This document shows positions 9,382 through 19,825 of a DNA stretch of 64,000 nt, in pieces. The notes under the pieces are model-generated. The model worked only from the letters and a program-made list of their open reading frames with translations, was not told the origin of the DNA and ran no database searches. The stretch covers positions 21,963 through 85,962 of IMG/VR virus record IMGVR_UViG_3300020442_002661; one strand, written 5' to 3'. This stretch comes from a virus. Every line of letters starts with the position of its first letter. Within the stretch, counting starts at the first letter, position 1. The position numbers and the translations under genes were made by a program.

Positions 9382-10962
9382 TCAATAGTTGCTACTTATG
9401 AAGATAGGCATCGGCGGCTCATAATCTTCATCAGTTTCTGCCTGATTGAAGGTATTATACACCCTAGGATCCCAATCTTTGAGTACGCTCATCATTCTAA
9501 TTGCTAACAGTGTTGCACTAATAAGATCGTCTGTAGTTCCTACTTTTGCATTATAACTGCTTCCTGTAGCAACAAAGTTTTTAAGTTCTGATATAAGTGC
9601 ATTTGAATTTACTATCATTTTATCACTTTCGATCATACTTTTTAACCTGCTACATGCTGTAACTTTTGTGCTGTGTGTTGTATTAAATCCTTTGCGGAAC
9701 TTGCGTACATGTCCTTTACGAATTGGTTCACTTACAAACAAGCCCGGTATATTTTCTTCACCAAAGTCGTTGATAACAATAAGTGCCGCTTCACCTAGTC
9801 CGTTGTTCTCAACACTCCAGTAAATACTTTGTGGTGAATTAGTTGTGCTTTCAATATACTTACAAATATCTGCAAGCACACGTATTTGTCCTGGTATAGC
9901 TGTTTGGTTGTGTCGCCATTCTGCAACTTGTGTATAACTAGGTAGTTCAAATACTTGAATAGCACTGTAGTCTCCACCTGTGCCCATACTAGGATCAAGT
10001 GCTACAGCATAGGTAAATTCTGATGTTGGCTTTTTATACCAACGAGTTTGCCCCATGTTTATTACAGGTTGTATTCCTTCTAACACTGATAATTTTATAC
10101 TGTTGATAAGTGTTTCATCAAATACTAGGAATTCACAACCATATTCTCTTCTAAATTTTTCTTCACCAATACGTCCAATTTCATCATCTTTCCATTGTTC
10201 ATCTCTATCTGGATGTTCATCCCAACTAGCTCTAAAACTGTGAAAGCCGTTTATACCTACATCTTGCTCATTACCGTTAGCATCAAACTTTTCTTCTGCT
10301 TGTTTCCAAATAGTTGCAAATGTATCTTCGTCTGAATTAGGTGTGCTTGTAATAATAGCACGACCACCTGTTGCTAGTGTAGGTGATATTGATGTCCAAA
10401 ATTCATCTGCAATCGTAGGTTGTACAAACGCAAACTCATCACAATATAATAATGATATAGACATACCTCTACCAGTATTTCCAGTAGTTGTAGCACTCAT
10501 AATCCTGCTACCATTTTCAAATTCTATACTACCTTTGTTATAACTTGTTACACCTGCTCTTATAAAGTCAGGACAAGTTTCATACACATATCTAATACGT
10601 GTCATAATTTCCTGTGCGCCTGTATACTTGTGTGCCGCAATAAGCACAGTTTGATCTGGATTAAACATTGCATACCAAGCTAGGTAGATTGCCGCACAGG
10701 TAGTTTTTCCTGTTTGTCTTGGCATCATATTAATATTAAATCTATATGTATGATAACTATGCATCAATCTAAGTTGATACTCATAAGGTTTAAATAATAA
10801 TTTACCTTCTACAGGATGCTGTATGTATGCAAAGTGTTCAGCAAAATATAGATACCCTTTATCGGGATCCATACATTTAGATAAATGCTGTATTTGTTCT
10901 TCTGTGAATGTTTCTCGTGTATTGGCTTTTTTGGTTAATACACCGTCTAAACTCTTACTCAT
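9382..10962 (-). CDS. gp17: Terminase large subunit
   Basis: PRQTGKTT Walker A, LLYCDEFAF Walker B, TSTPN, ALDPSMG nuclease motif, DDL. Confidence 0.95.
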   Translation of the reverse strand: MSKSLDGVLTKKANTRETFTEEQIQHLSKCMDPDKGYLYFAEHFAYIQHPVEGKLLFKPYEYQLRLMHSYHTYRFNINMMPRQTGKTTCAAIYLAWYAMFNPDQTVLIAAHKYTGAQEIMTRIRYVYETCPDFIRAGVTSYNKGSIEFENGSRIMSATTTGNTGRGMSISLLYCDEFAFVQPTIADEFWTSISPTLATGGRAIITSTPNSDEDTFATIWKQAEEKFDANGNEQDVGINGFHSFRASWDEHPDRDEQWKDDEIGRIGEEKFRREYGCEFLVFDETLINSIKLSVLEGIQPVINMGQTRWYKKPTSEFTYAVALDPSMGTGGDYSAIQVFELPSYTQVAEWRHNQTAIPGQIRVLADICKYIESTTNSPQSIYWSVENNGLGEAALIVINDFGEENIPGLFVSEPIRKGHVRKFRKGFNTTHSTKVTACSRLKSMIESDKMIVNSNALISELKNFVATGSSYNAKVGTTDDLISATLLAIRMMSVLKDWDPRVYNTFNQAETDEDYEPPMPIFISSNY

Positions 10963-10981
10963 GGAAATATTTAGTCAAGAA

Positions 10982-11003
10982 AATAGGGCCCGTAGGCCCT
11001 ATT
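10982..11003 (-). terminator. Hairpin AATAGGGCC-TACG-GGCCCTATT, T-rich after
   Basis: C(UNCG)G tetraloop typical of T4-like terminators; lies just upstream of the gp17 promoter ACTAAATA (10968-10975). Confidence 0.75.
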
Positions 11004-11011
11004 GAATTTGT

Positions 11012-11650
11012 TTAACCGCAGTGTGCGGCAAATAATTTTTCGAATTTACCTTTATCGCAACCGTATTCGTCTTGTACTTTCTTAAACATTTCATGTTTAG
11101 CACAACCGCTTGCGTAAAGTTTTTTCATCTCGCCTACACAGCCTGCTTCGTCAAAGTCTGCATCTGCTGGTGCCATTTTTTCTGCTAGTGCTTTGGCTAA
11201 TTCGCTTCTAAGCTCATCTTCCATTGCCATTGCATTGTCACCTCTGTTTGCGGCTTTGTATTGATTTTTCTCTCTATTAGCACCGCCTGAAAGATCTTTT
11301 GTCATATAGTGTTGATCTTTGTAATCTTCGTCTGGTGAATTATCCCATTCTTCTTTTGACTCTTCGTCACCCATCAAATCTTTTTTCATATCCATAGGTG
11401 GTTTTGGTCCAACAATAGCTTTTAGTTTGCTCATTGGTGGATTAATCATATCCATATCAACTGGCTTAGCATCTGGTGCTCCACCGCCTTGCATAATTTT
11501 TAACAAACTTGCAACTTCACTAGCACTGTCACCTGACATACTGATGTTCATTGATGCACCTTCGTCAATGCGTTTTACTTCTGCCGGAGTTGGATCTGTT
11601 GTTTCATCAATTCTATCTAACTCGGCTAATTTTTCAAGTAGTTCTTTCAT
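11012..11650 (-). CDS. Hypothetical acidic protein (possible prohead core/internal protein)
   Basis: GGAGG precedes MKELLEKL; D/E/M/K-rich. Confidence 0.6.
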   Translation of the reverse strand: MKELLEKLAELDRIDETTDPTPAEVKRIDEGASMNISMSGDSASEVASLLKIMQGGGAPDAKPVDMDMINPPMSKLKAIVGPKPPMDMKKDLMGDEESKEEWDNSPDEDYKDQHYMTKDLSGGANREKNQYKAANRGDNAMAMEDELRSELAKALAEKMAPADADFDEAGCVGEMKKLYASGCAKHEMFKKVQDEYGCDKGKFEKLFAAHCG

Positions 11651-11651
11651 A

Positions 11652-12224
11652 TTAGCCTCCAATAACTGCTTTTGTGTTTTCGCTGGCATCGATGTCTTTG
11701 CTTTCACCTTTTGGTGCGCCTTCTTGAGGATCAATGTTTCTTTCTTTACGAGCTGTTTCTAACTCTTTTAAAAGATCCATTACTCTGTTGCCAGCAACTT
11801 TATCTTGTGCGTCTGGATCTGCTTGTTCCATTTCCTCTGTTTCTAATTTAGTTTCATATGGTTCGCTAGGCTGTTTTGCATAGTTGTCATCTGCTCTATC
11901 ATCATTCATGTTACGCACAATTACATGACTTGGTTCACATGGGCAACATTTTTCAATGTAATCTTCTAGCATCTGGGGGGTAGTTGGATAGTTTAAAGAT
12001 ACTTCGTAATATGTTACTTCCATGTTTTGTAGTTGAGGGAAATCTAAAGGACGTTCTTGAATTGGTGTTTTCTTACCTGCTGACATTTCTACAATATCAA
12101 ATTTTTTCAAACATGTTTCTAAATGATCTACAAAGCCTTCTGCAAGATCACCTGCTACACCTATTTGAAATTGGTATACCTTATTGTTATAAACTTCATT
12201 TAATACTTCTGTAAATTTACCCAT
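11652..12224 (-). CDS. Hypothetical late protein
   Basis: 190 aa; GATAAATA (12246-12253) and SD upstream. Confidence 0.7.
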   Translation of the reverse strand: MGKFTEVLNEVYNNKVYQFQIGVAGDLAEGFVDHLETCLKKFDIVEMSAGKKTPIQERPLDFPQLQNMEVTYYEVSLNYPTTPQMLEDYIEKCCPCEPSHVIVRNMNDDRADDNYAKQPSEPYETKLETEEMEQADPDAQDKVAGNRVMDLLKELETARKERNIDPQEGAPKGESKDIDASENTKAVIGG

Positions 12225-12244
12225 AGTTTTCTTCCTCTATATAA

Positions 12245-12748
12245 CTATTTATCCTCTGACATGCCTTTTAGCTTGGCAATTAAGGAGTTTCTATCTGTAA
12301 CAATAGCACCTTGTCCAGTTATCATTTCGCCTGAATCGCCATTGTCTTTGTCTTGTTTTTCTTTTTTAAGTTGCAATTCAATCATTTTAAGTTTCTTATC
12401 CATCTTTGCAACTTTAGCATCTAAACTAGTTTTAAGCATAGAACCAGCAACTTCAAACACCCTGCCTGAATAACGGCTTTCTACGTTCATACCCAGATCC
12501 ATCAAATCTTCATAACTTTGTAAAGCACGATCTGCTATGTCTTCTAGTTCTGTATCTGCTTTTTCACCCAAGCCTTTTACTTGTGGTAGGGCGGCCGCAA
12601 TTTTATCAAATTCAGCCATATCACGAAAAGTATCTTGCTGAGTAGCTACTGCTTTTGTTTTTTCTTTTTTGACTTCTTGAGACTTTGCATCACTAATAAT
12701 TTCTTGTGAATCTGGCATGTCTAATAGGTCTTGCAATTTCTTTGTCAT
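12245..12748 (-). CDS. gp16: Probable terminase small subunit (gp16-like)
   Basis: RVFEVAGSMLK resembles the RAYEVAGQLIK-type motif of T4-like gp16; helical; near gp17. Confidence 0.55.
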   Translation of the reverse strand: MTKKLQDLLDMPDSQEIISDAKSQEVKKEKTKAVATQQDTFRDMAEFDKIAAALPQVKGLGEKADTELEDIADRALQSYEDLMDLGMNVESRYSGRVFEVAGSMLKTSLDAKVAKMDKKLKMIELQLKKEKQDKDNGDSGEMITGQGAIVTDRNSLIAKLKGMSEDK

Positions 12749-12763
12749 TATATACTACTTTAA

Positions 12764-13381
12764 CTATCTTAATGTATTTAGCCATTGTTCTTTGGTAATA
12801 TGAAAATACCAGGCTCTATATGGTTTGCCTAATCCTTCAGTAATTCTGGGATTAAACCAAAACGGACCTAAGCCTGCACTAGTCAACGGTCCATTTTTTC
12901 CTGAATGGTTACACTTAATATAAATCTCGTTAAAATATTGAAATGCATCTTCACAGAAAAAATCCCAATTAAAATGTGTGCCAGGCTTCAATGATTCCCT
13001 ATCAAATTCAGTACGCTGTGCTAACAATATATCATACTTGCCAGGCCAGTCAGTTGGTTTATTGTTTTCTATATACAGTTCATATCTTTTTAATTTAATT
13101 AAATTACAGCATCTTGTAAACAAAGGTTCATTATAAATTGCTTCTTTAATATCTGTTGCTTCAACGTGTATACCTTTTTGTTGTAATTGAAAACATGTCA
13201 TACCTACACCTGTTCCTATGTCTAGTGCAGTTTTTTTATTTGACCAATCTATTTTATCAAGGTAATATTCTTTTTCACTCCAATGTTTGTCCCATTCTCT
13301 GATATATTTTGCTCCCCTATGTTTTTTAGGAAAGTCATACATTATATCAAACATCTTTTCTTTGTATTCTAATGCGTTCAT
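12764..13381 (-). CDS. SAM-dependent methyltransferase-like protein
   Basis: ALDIGTGVG motif I, ATDI, YDILLA. Confidence 0.65.
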   Translation of the reverse strand: MNALEYKEKMFDIMYDFPKKHRGAKYIREWDKHWSEKEYYLDKIDWSNKKTALDIGTGVGMTCFQLQQKGIHVEATDIKEAIYNEPLFTRCCNLIKLKRYELYIENNKPTDWPGKYDILLAQRTEFDRESLKPGTHFNWDFFCEDAFQYFNEIYIKCNHSGKNGPLTSAGLGPFWFNPRITEGLGKPYRAWYFHITKEQWLNTLR

Positions 13382-13818
13382 CTTTTCCGCCTTCCATTAT
13401 GGAAAATATCTTGCTCGTTAATAATTCTAAATCTTATGCCTCGTTGTTTGCACCATTTGCTCGCCGCTTCCCACTTTGCTTGGTTAACAACATAAGCCGC
13501 TTGGTTGTGTCTTGAACGCCCTACTTTTTCTCTTAATGTTTGGTTTGCTGGTTTTACTTCTATAAGTTCAACATGTTGCTTACTTTTTTTGTCGGCATAC
13601 ACAATAAAGAAGTCAGGAACATAAATTGTATGCTTACCTGTCAAAGGATTTCTATATGGAATTTTTATTGATTCACTTGCCCATTTACTAACACTAGGAT
13701 GGTTATCTAAAAACTGCATGAAAGTAAATTCCCAACTGGATCTATATGTAGGAGTTCTATTACCTAGAAATTTATCTGGATTTTTTAGTTCGAATTTTCC
13801 TTGTGCAAATCTAGGCAT
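13378..13818 (-). CDS. gp4: Head completion nuclease (gp4, TnsA-like)
   Basis: YRSSWE, WASE, YVPDF, IEVKP, NQAKWEAA. Confidence 0.9.
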   Translation of the reverse strand: MPRFAQGKFELKNPDKFLGNRTPTYRSSWEFTFMQFLDNHPSVSKWASESIKIPYRNPLTGKHTIYVPDFFIVYADKKSKQHVELIEVKPANQTLREKVGRSRHNQAAYVVNQAKWEAASKWCKQRGIRFRIINEQDIFHNGRRKR

Positions 13819-13819
13819 G

Positions 13820-14179
13820 TCATGCTACTATATTTCTTAGCTCTACACGATTTGCAGTATCAATTTTAAAACCTATTATACTATTTTTTGATCTGTTGTA
13901 ATTCAAAACTTCTGCTACAAGTCCACTAATTTGAACATCGTCTAAGCCTTTAAGTGTATCAAGCAGTGTAAATATTTCTACATTATCAATTATGGATTGT
14001 TGTATGAGTACTGTAGCAACATTAGCCGCGCTTATATCGTCAAATCCTCTTTTTTCAAAAAACCCTACAACAGCATCTATCTTGTTTGAAGATACACTTA
14101 TTTTTTCTGTAAAATATTTGTTGTAAAATTCTTTTACTTCTTCTCCACTATCTATTGGTTTAATTTTAAACTCGCTCAT
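13820..14179 (-). CDS. Hypothetical protein
   Basis: 119-aa ORF coupled to its neighbours. Confidence 0.7.
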   Translation of the reverse strand: MSEFKIKPIDSGEEVKEFYNKYFTEKISVSSNKIDAVVGFFEKRGFDDISAANVATVLIQQSIIDNVEIFTLLDTLKGLDDVQISGLVAEVLNYNRSKNSIIGFKIDTANRVELRNIVA

Positions 14180-15345
14180 ATTTGATCGTTACCTCCAAGA
14201 ATGTCTGACCTTAGTGTATTAGAACTAGGTGCGTTACCTTGTAGTTGTAAAATTTTATCTTGGTATACTGTGCTTGTGTTATTAACATTTCCACCGTTAG
14301 TTGTTGTTACTGACGCATTGCCACCATTACCTGTTTGTTTAGGGAAGTTGACATCACTCAGTCCGCCTACAGCTTCTTTTGTAATATTACCTAAAGCACT
14401 TTTTATAATACTGTATCCTTCTTGACGTAAACCTTCTTTTGTAAGTGCTTTTGCATTTTTGTAAGTATTAAAAACTGTTAATGCTGTGCCTAAATTAAAT
14501 TGACCGCCTGCAATGTCGCCAATAATATCACTTATACCTCCAACAACACCTCCTTGTCCAAGTAGTGATGTTGTGCCACCACCACCCAATGATAGTGGGC
14601 TTGGTGTAGAATCATAATGTATAGTTCCAAATCCTGCAGGATTATCTTCACCTACTGGTCCTCTACTATAGAATACAGTTTCATATGCTACTGTCATTTG
14701 GTTTTGTGTAACTTCACTACCTGCATTAGAATCCATTTGATCATGTGTAAGTCCTGTAACAAGAGGATTTACAAGTGTGTATGCAATATATTCTTTTCTT
14801 GCCATTTGATAGATTGTAATTTTATTAAAGAATGGTTCTGTGTGATCGTTATCTAAACCATACCTATAATTTTGTGATGCAGGTGTACCATATGTGTTAC
14901 GAGGTGCATAAGGAGGACTTACTCCGCCTGTGTTGTAATTTCCATCTCTATAATAATATCTATAATAGGCTTCCATTAATGTAGTTGTCAATCCTAAATT
15001 ATCATCATGAAATGTTATGTTGACAGGATCATATTCCAATGTTGTTTGTAAATTCTTTTTTCTATTGTACATGTTTTTTGTTACAGTTTGTACAGAAAAT
15101 TTTGGTAAGTCGACTGCCTTCACAAGCATGTTTAATTCAAGTTTATGACGTTGATCTAATTGAGGCATAACTTTTTGTGCTGATGCACTCAATTCAAATA
15201 CAGTGTAAAAGAGAAATTTTGATTTAGGTGAAAGTCTAAATCCGTCGTCGTTAAACAAACGTGCGGCATGTTGATAATCTTTTAGATTACCGCCAGGATT
15301 AAGAGCGCCTTGGAATACGTTATTTAGAAAACCTTTGAACTTCAT
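14176..15345 (-). CDS. Tail-tube-fold baseplate protein (gp54/gp48-like)
   Basis: VDLPKF..YNRK..YDPVNITFHDD resembles gp19/gp54; GATAAATA 5 nt before MKFKGF. Confidence 0.7.
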   Translation of the reverse strand: MKFKGFLNNVFQGALNPGGNLKDYQHAARLFNDDGFRLSPKSKFLFYTVFELSASAQKVMPQLDQRHKLELNMLVKAVDLPKFSVQTVTKNMYNRKKNLQTTLEYDPVNITFHDDNLGLTTTLMEAYYRYYYRDGNYNTGGVSPPYAPRNTYGTPASQNYRYGLDNDHTEPFFNKITIYQMARKEYIAYTLVNPLVTGLTHDQMDSNAGSEVTQNQMTVAYETVFYSRGPVGEDNPAGFGTIHYDSTPSPLSLGGGGTTSLLGQGGVVGGISDIIGDIAGGQFNLGTALTVFNTYKNAKALTKEGLRQEGYSIIKSALGNITKEAVGGLSDVNFPKQTGNGGNASVTTTNGGNVNNTSTVYQDKILQLQGNAPSSNTLRSDILGGNDQI

Positions 15346-15386
15346 ACTAATATTTATCCTGGAGAGAAAAGTGCGTATAAAAAGAA

Positions 15387-15410
15387 AAAGGGTGACCGAA
15401 GCCACCCTTT
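15387..15410 (-). terminator. Terminator AAAGGGTGGC-TTCG-GTCACCCTTT plus T-run after gp19
   Basis: UUCG tetraloop, GC stem, U tract. Confidence 0.85.
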
Positions 15411-15436
15411 AAAATCTATGGCAATTTGTTTAGGTA

Positions 15437-16069
15437 TTAGCCAATACCGCCGCCACCAGTAACTAGACTGTTAAGCGTTCTACCAACTGCTGTACCAATT
15501 CCTTCACCTTGTGGTGATTGAACAGCATTATCAAATCTAATTGATAGTGTAATTGATACTGGGTCGTTTGCACTATAAGTTAATTGGTTATAGTTTGCGT
15601 TTTGAATGAAACAACCGTATAATTCGAATGTTTCTAAAATGTTTGGTGTGTTTGCACCATTACCACCATCTAGTACTTCAATTCTTGTTGTAAATTTATA
15701 ATCAATACCAGATGCCGCAGTTGACATTTCAAAGAAGTCAAACTGTTTCTGAAGTTGTTCACCAACAAGTTTTTGAACACTGTTGTTTACATCTTCACGT
15801 AAGTTTAGTGTAATAGGTTCAAATGTATGTCTACCTGCTAGATAAGCACGTGAGTTATACACTGGAATCTCTACTTCCTCAAATGTAACACTTGGGCGTG
15901 TCACATCCATAACTTGCTTGGTTAATTCTGTTGTTGGTGTTGATACACCAAAGTTCTCTAGCATCACTCTAAAGCGATACTGTAGTTTTGGCATCAACAT
16001 ACCTTGGGTTGATGCACTACTGTCAGATGCTAAAGGAACTGTAATTTTTGATAATGTTGAAATTGCCAT
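15437..16069 (-). CDS. gp19: Tail tube protein
   Basis: PKLQYRFRV, RPSVTF, YLAGRHTFEPITL, FELYGCF; follows the sheath gene; late promoter and SD. Confidence 0.9.
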   Translation of the reverse strand: MAISTLSKITVPLASDSSASTQGMLMPKLQYRFRVMLENFGVSTPTTELTKQVMDVTRPSVTFEEVEIPVYNSRAYLAGRHTFEPITLNLREDVNNSVQKLVGEQLQKQFDFFEMSTAASGIDYKFTTRIEVLDGGNGANTPNILETFELYGCFIQNANYNQLTYSANDPVSITLSIRFDNAVQSPQGEGIGTAVGRTLNSLVTGGGGIG

Positions 16070-16102
16070 ATGTTTCTCCTGTTACAGTATTTATCAATTA
16101 AC

Positions 16103-16124
16103 GGACCCCATATTTCAGGGGTCC
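16103..16124 (-). terminator. Hairpin GGACCCC-N8-GGGGTCC between sheath and tube genes
   Basis: 7-bp GC stem directly upstream of GATAAATA (16088-16095); weak U tract. Confidence 0.5.
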
Positions 16125-16134
16125 ATTTAAACTA

Positions 16135-19100
16135 TTATAATCCTGCAATTTCTCCTGTATTCTTAAGTCTCAGTGGAATGTAAATAAATTCCACAGCCTT
16201 AACCGGTTCAATAGCAATATCTAAATATAGTTCGTTTCTATCAATTCTACTTGGAGTATTGTTTGATTCGTCACAAACTACAATATAGTCATATAGTGCT
16301 CTTGATCCAACAAGTTCTAGCATTAAACTTTCAGCCGCTTGTTTGATCTCATCACGTGTGATCTTATCATTTGGCTCAAAAATGTAAGGCTTAGCAAGTT
16401 TGTTAAGCTGACTACGTAGGTAAATTACAAGTCTAGCAACGTTGACTCTATCTAGTGAACTTGCGTTCTTAGCTCTAGTCTTTTGACCAAAACATACTAG
16501 TCCTGCACCTGTGATAAACGTAATTGGGTTAACACTAATACCATAAAGTGTATCACGTTGCCCTTCGTTTAATGCAACACTTACAAATTCGCCTTCATTG
16601 TCAATGTAGCCTGTTGCTGTAGCATTTGTAATGCCACCGCGTCTTGTTCCTGCTGGTGCAAACCATGGAAACGATACTTGGTCGCTTAATGCGATAGTAC
16701 GTAGCATCATGTGTGACGGTGGAACAACAATATTGTTTCCTAAGTTGTCACTTGTGAATCCCCATGGATAATAAACGCCTAAGTACTCATCTCTGCTTAC
16801 AAGTCCATCTGCATTATCTTCAACTGCTTGGTTAACGTTAGTTCCCCACTCATTTAATGATGTTGCATTTGGTAGTAATGTGCTAGGTGAGTCACCTACA
16901 ACAAATGCTGTTAAGCCTCTGTCATAGTTTAGGCTAATCATTTCACCAATTAGTTCTGGATATCCAGGTGTTGCAAGTACGTTGAAGATTCTTGATTCAT
17001 CATCTCTAATCTCGTCATTGCTATTCATAACTGCTTGTAGGCTTTGTACTACAACAGCTCTTTGCGCTGACTGACCAAAACGACCTGAACCATCTTCATT
17101 GTTTGCAGATTCTGTTACCCAACGATGCTCATAGTAACCTGTCATAGGTGCATCGTTCATACGCTTGTTTTCTGCGTTTGTATCGATGTAATTACGTACA
17201 AATTTCTTAACATTAAAACCACTTCTACGTGTGTTGAATAACAACATACCTTTTGGATATAGTGCTGGATCTGGAGCGTCTGGATCTAAGAAATTGCTAG
17301 TTAGCAAGTCTTTGATTGTAGCCGCATCAGCATTAGCGCCTGCTGTACTATAACGTGCATCAGCAAACAATACACCGTCTGATGTAGTTTGATCTGATGA
17401 GTCTAATTGTACCCAAGCACTCTTAGCATTGCTCCATCTGTAAATTTCTGGATACTTGTCTAAGTTAGCTGTGTTAATCCAAATGTCGCCGTTCTTAAGT
17501 GCAGTTTTGTCTGACTGGCCGTTTGTAGCCGCAGGTTCTGTAGCACTTACAATTGGACCATTTGGATCAGTTTGATCGCCAGCACCTGCCGCATAGTACG
17601 GAGATGTGCTATCTAAGTAACCTACCCAAGTTGTTCCATTGTGTACCATTATATCTGCTTCGTCAACAATTGAATTGTACCATAGTGTACCATCTGCCGC
17701 TAGTGCAGTTGGTGCTGTTGCACTGTTTGTTGCACTTAGAACTTTCCATAGTGTAGCAACAAAATCATGTGTTGTATCACCTGCTGGAGCATCATACAAG
17801 TTTGTTGTTGCACCTGTACCAGAAGTAGCATAACCTGCTTCTGCTAAGTGTCCACTTGTATCTGCAATTCTAAATTCACCGCCTAGTGCATGACTAATAA
17901 CAATTCTATTTGCACTGTCAACTGACGCACTAACATTTGTTAATGTAGAAGTATTAATTGCATTTGCAATATCTTCTGCATCGTCTGCGTCACCTGCCAC
18001 TGATACACTTATTGCTACTGCACTTTGTAAATTAGCATTGCCTTTAATAGATTCGCTAATTGAAAATGATGCAGTACCACTTGATAATTGTGTTGCAATT
18101 ATGCTTGAAGTGATTGATGTTGCTCCTGTTGAGTTTCTTTTGTAAACTTTAAAGTTTGCAACAAGGTCACTTGCTTCAGCATCATTGTATCTAACAAATA
18201 CAGCGTCTTGGCTAATGTTTGCTCCGCCGCCGTCTTTGTCCATGTTAAAGATTGCAGTTGCTCTATCTTTGTATATTGAAGCACTCTTTGTCTCCCAAAG
18301 TTTTGTATTTCCATTCCATTCTTTGATTGACCATGCCGCACCTTTATTTGGATTTGTTGTTTTGACCCAAACAGATCCAGTAGGACGCGGTGTTGTATCG
18401 TCTGTACCGAATTCAGGAACACTTGTATGTGGATCAATATTCAATGCAGGTGCATAGTAAGTACCAGCTGTTAGACCTAAGTCTGCCATTAAGCCTGTAC
18501 CTTCTGCGATTACTACGTTTGCTCCTGTGCTAAAGATTCTAACAATATTGTTGCTATCTTTATCAGCAGTTACACCAGAGATAGATGCTCCGTTAATTGC
18601 AGTTACAGCCGCATCTGCGTCTGTACCAGCTGTAGTAATAGTTGTGCTGTTAATTGTAAAATTTTCGCCTGATGTTGTAGCTGGGTTAGCAGAACCTTTT
18701 GTTACTGCCCAACTAGATTTCCAAGCACTGCTTCCTACTTCTACCCATGTACCACTTTCGTTTTTGTAGTATGTTTTGAATAGTGTAGTTGTTGCTACTA
18801 CTGCATAGTCACCTTTTGAGCCAACTGAGCCTTTTGGTGCTCCGCCAGTTACAAGTGTGCTATCTGTAATAACAATTGGTGCTTTGTTAGTAAATGATTG
18901 GCCGCCTGTTGTAGAAGCCGCCGCGCCATTCCATTCAAAGATACCAAATAGTGTACTTGCTGTATCTACCCAATATGTTCCGTCTGATGGATCACTTGTA
19001 GGAGCACTTGATGTTGCAGTAATCGCACCTAAGTCAATTCCTGCTCTTACAACATATGCTCTGTTGCTTACACCTAATAGACTGTAAGCCGCTTGTAATC

Positions 19101-19377
19101 CGTATTCATTCAATTCACCGCCGTGTATTGGGTTATTGTTTGTATCTGTGTAGAACTTAGGTTCTCCAAATGTTTCTACTAAATCCCTTTGTGATGTAAT
19201 TAGGTAGGGCTTACCTACATTTGCCGCTTCAGTACCGGCCGCAGTTCCTGTGCCTGCACCGTTAGTTTTGTTCTCTGCTGTTGCAACAAATATCATTGGT
19301 ACGGTGCCGGGTTCGGCTGGCGTGTAGAAACTTTCGTCAATTACCTTAACCTCAACACCTGGTGATGATAATGCCAT
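16135..19377 (-). CDS. gp18: Tail sheath protein (about 1080 aa, large internal insertion)
   Basis: SPGVEVKVIDES N-terminus; PWFAPAGTRRG, RVNVARL, FEPND, CDESNNTP and IEPVKAVEFIYI C-terminus. Confidence 0.95.
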   Translation of the reverse strand: MALSSPGVEVKVIDESFYTPAEPGTVPMIFVATAENKTNGAGTGTAAGTEAANVGKPYLITSQRDLVETFGEPKFYTDTNNNPIHGGELNEYGLQAAYSLLGVSNRAYVVRAGIDLGAITATSSAPTSDPSDGTYWVDTASTLFGIFEWNGAAASTTGGQSFTNKAPIVITDSTLVTGGAPKGSVGSKGDYAVVATTTLFKTYYKNESGTWVEVGSSAWKSSWAVTKGSANPATTSGENFTINSTTITTAGTDADAAVTAINGASISGVTADKDSNNIVRIFSTGANVVIAEGTGLMADLGLTAGTYYAPALNIDPHTSVPEFGTDDTTPRPTGSVWVKTTNPNKGAAWSIKEWNGNTKLWETKSASIYKDRATAIFNMDKDGGGANISQDAVFVRYNDAEASDLVANFKVYKRNSTGATSITSSIIATQLSSGTASFSISESIKGNANLQSAVAISVSVAGDADDAEDIANAINTSTLTNVSASVDSANRIVISHALGGEFRIADTSGHLAEAGYATSGTGATTNLYDAPAGDTTHDFVATLWKVLSATNSATAPTALAADGTLWYNSIVDEADIMVHNGTTWVGYLDSTSPYYAAGAGDQTDPNGPIVSATEPAATNGQSDKTALKNGDIWINTANLDKYPEIYRWSNAKSAWVQLDSSDQTTSDGVLFADARYSTAGANADAATIKDLLTSNFLDPDAPDPALYPKGMLLFNTRRSGFNVKKFVRNYIDTNAENKRMNDAPMTGYYEHRWVTESANNEDGSGRFGQSAQRAVVVQSLQAVMNSNDEIRDDESRIFNVLATPGYPELIGEMISLNYDRGLTAFVVGDSPSTLLPNATSLNEWGTNVNQAVEDNADGLVSRDEYLGVYYPWGFTSDNLGNNIVVPPSHMMLRTIALSDQVSFPWFAPAGTRRGGITNATATGYIDNEGEFVSVALNEGQRDTLYGISVNPITFITGAGLVCFGQKTRAKNASSLDRVNVARLVIYLRSQLNKLAKPYIFEPNDKITRDEIKQAAESLMLELVGSRALYDYIVVCDESNNTPSRIDRNELYLDIAIEPVKAVEFIYIPLRLKNTGEIAGL

Positions 19378-19486
19378 ATTCATTCTCCTTTTGGAATAAG
19401 TGTTCATTAGTATTTATGTGTTTTGTAATTAATTTGCCTATAATAGCACCAGAAAAAGGGGTCAAAAAGGTATGGTAAATAACAAT

Positions 19487-19825
19487 ATGAGACCATTATG
19501 TGTTTGTAAACAAAGACCTGCGGCGGTAAACTATAAAAAAGAAGGCAAAGTATACTACAGAAAAAAATGTGAAGTGTGCCTTAAAGGAAACCGTATAGGT
19601 GTAGGAATACCAAAGTGGAAGTTATCAGGATATATCAAAAAAGATACTTGTGAAAAATGTGGATTCAAAAGCAGACACAAAGAACAGTTCAATGTCTATC
19701 ATATTGATGGAGATTTGAATAATTGTTTGCCAAACAATTTAAAAACTGTATGTGCTAACTGTCAACGAATTATGCAGAAACAAGGCGTTCGTTGGAAGCA
19801 AGGAGACCTAACACCTGACTTCTAA
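19487..19825 (+). CDS. Small Zn-finger/HNH-like protein
   Basis: CVC, CEVC, CEKCG, HIDGDLNN, CANC; GGTAAATA 5 nt before MRPLC. Confidence 0.7.
   Translation: MRPLCVCKQRPAAVNYKKEGKVYYRKKCEVCLKGNRIGVGIPKWKLSGYIKKDTCEKCGFKSRHKEQFNVYHIDGDLNNCLPNNLKTVCANCQRIMQKQGVRWKQGDLTPDF

Noticed and set aside
19487-19825. HNH protein as a mobile homing endonuclease or intron ORF
   Set aside because: Short and free-standing with its own late-type start; neighbouring genes are uninterrupted and no intron or intein is evident.
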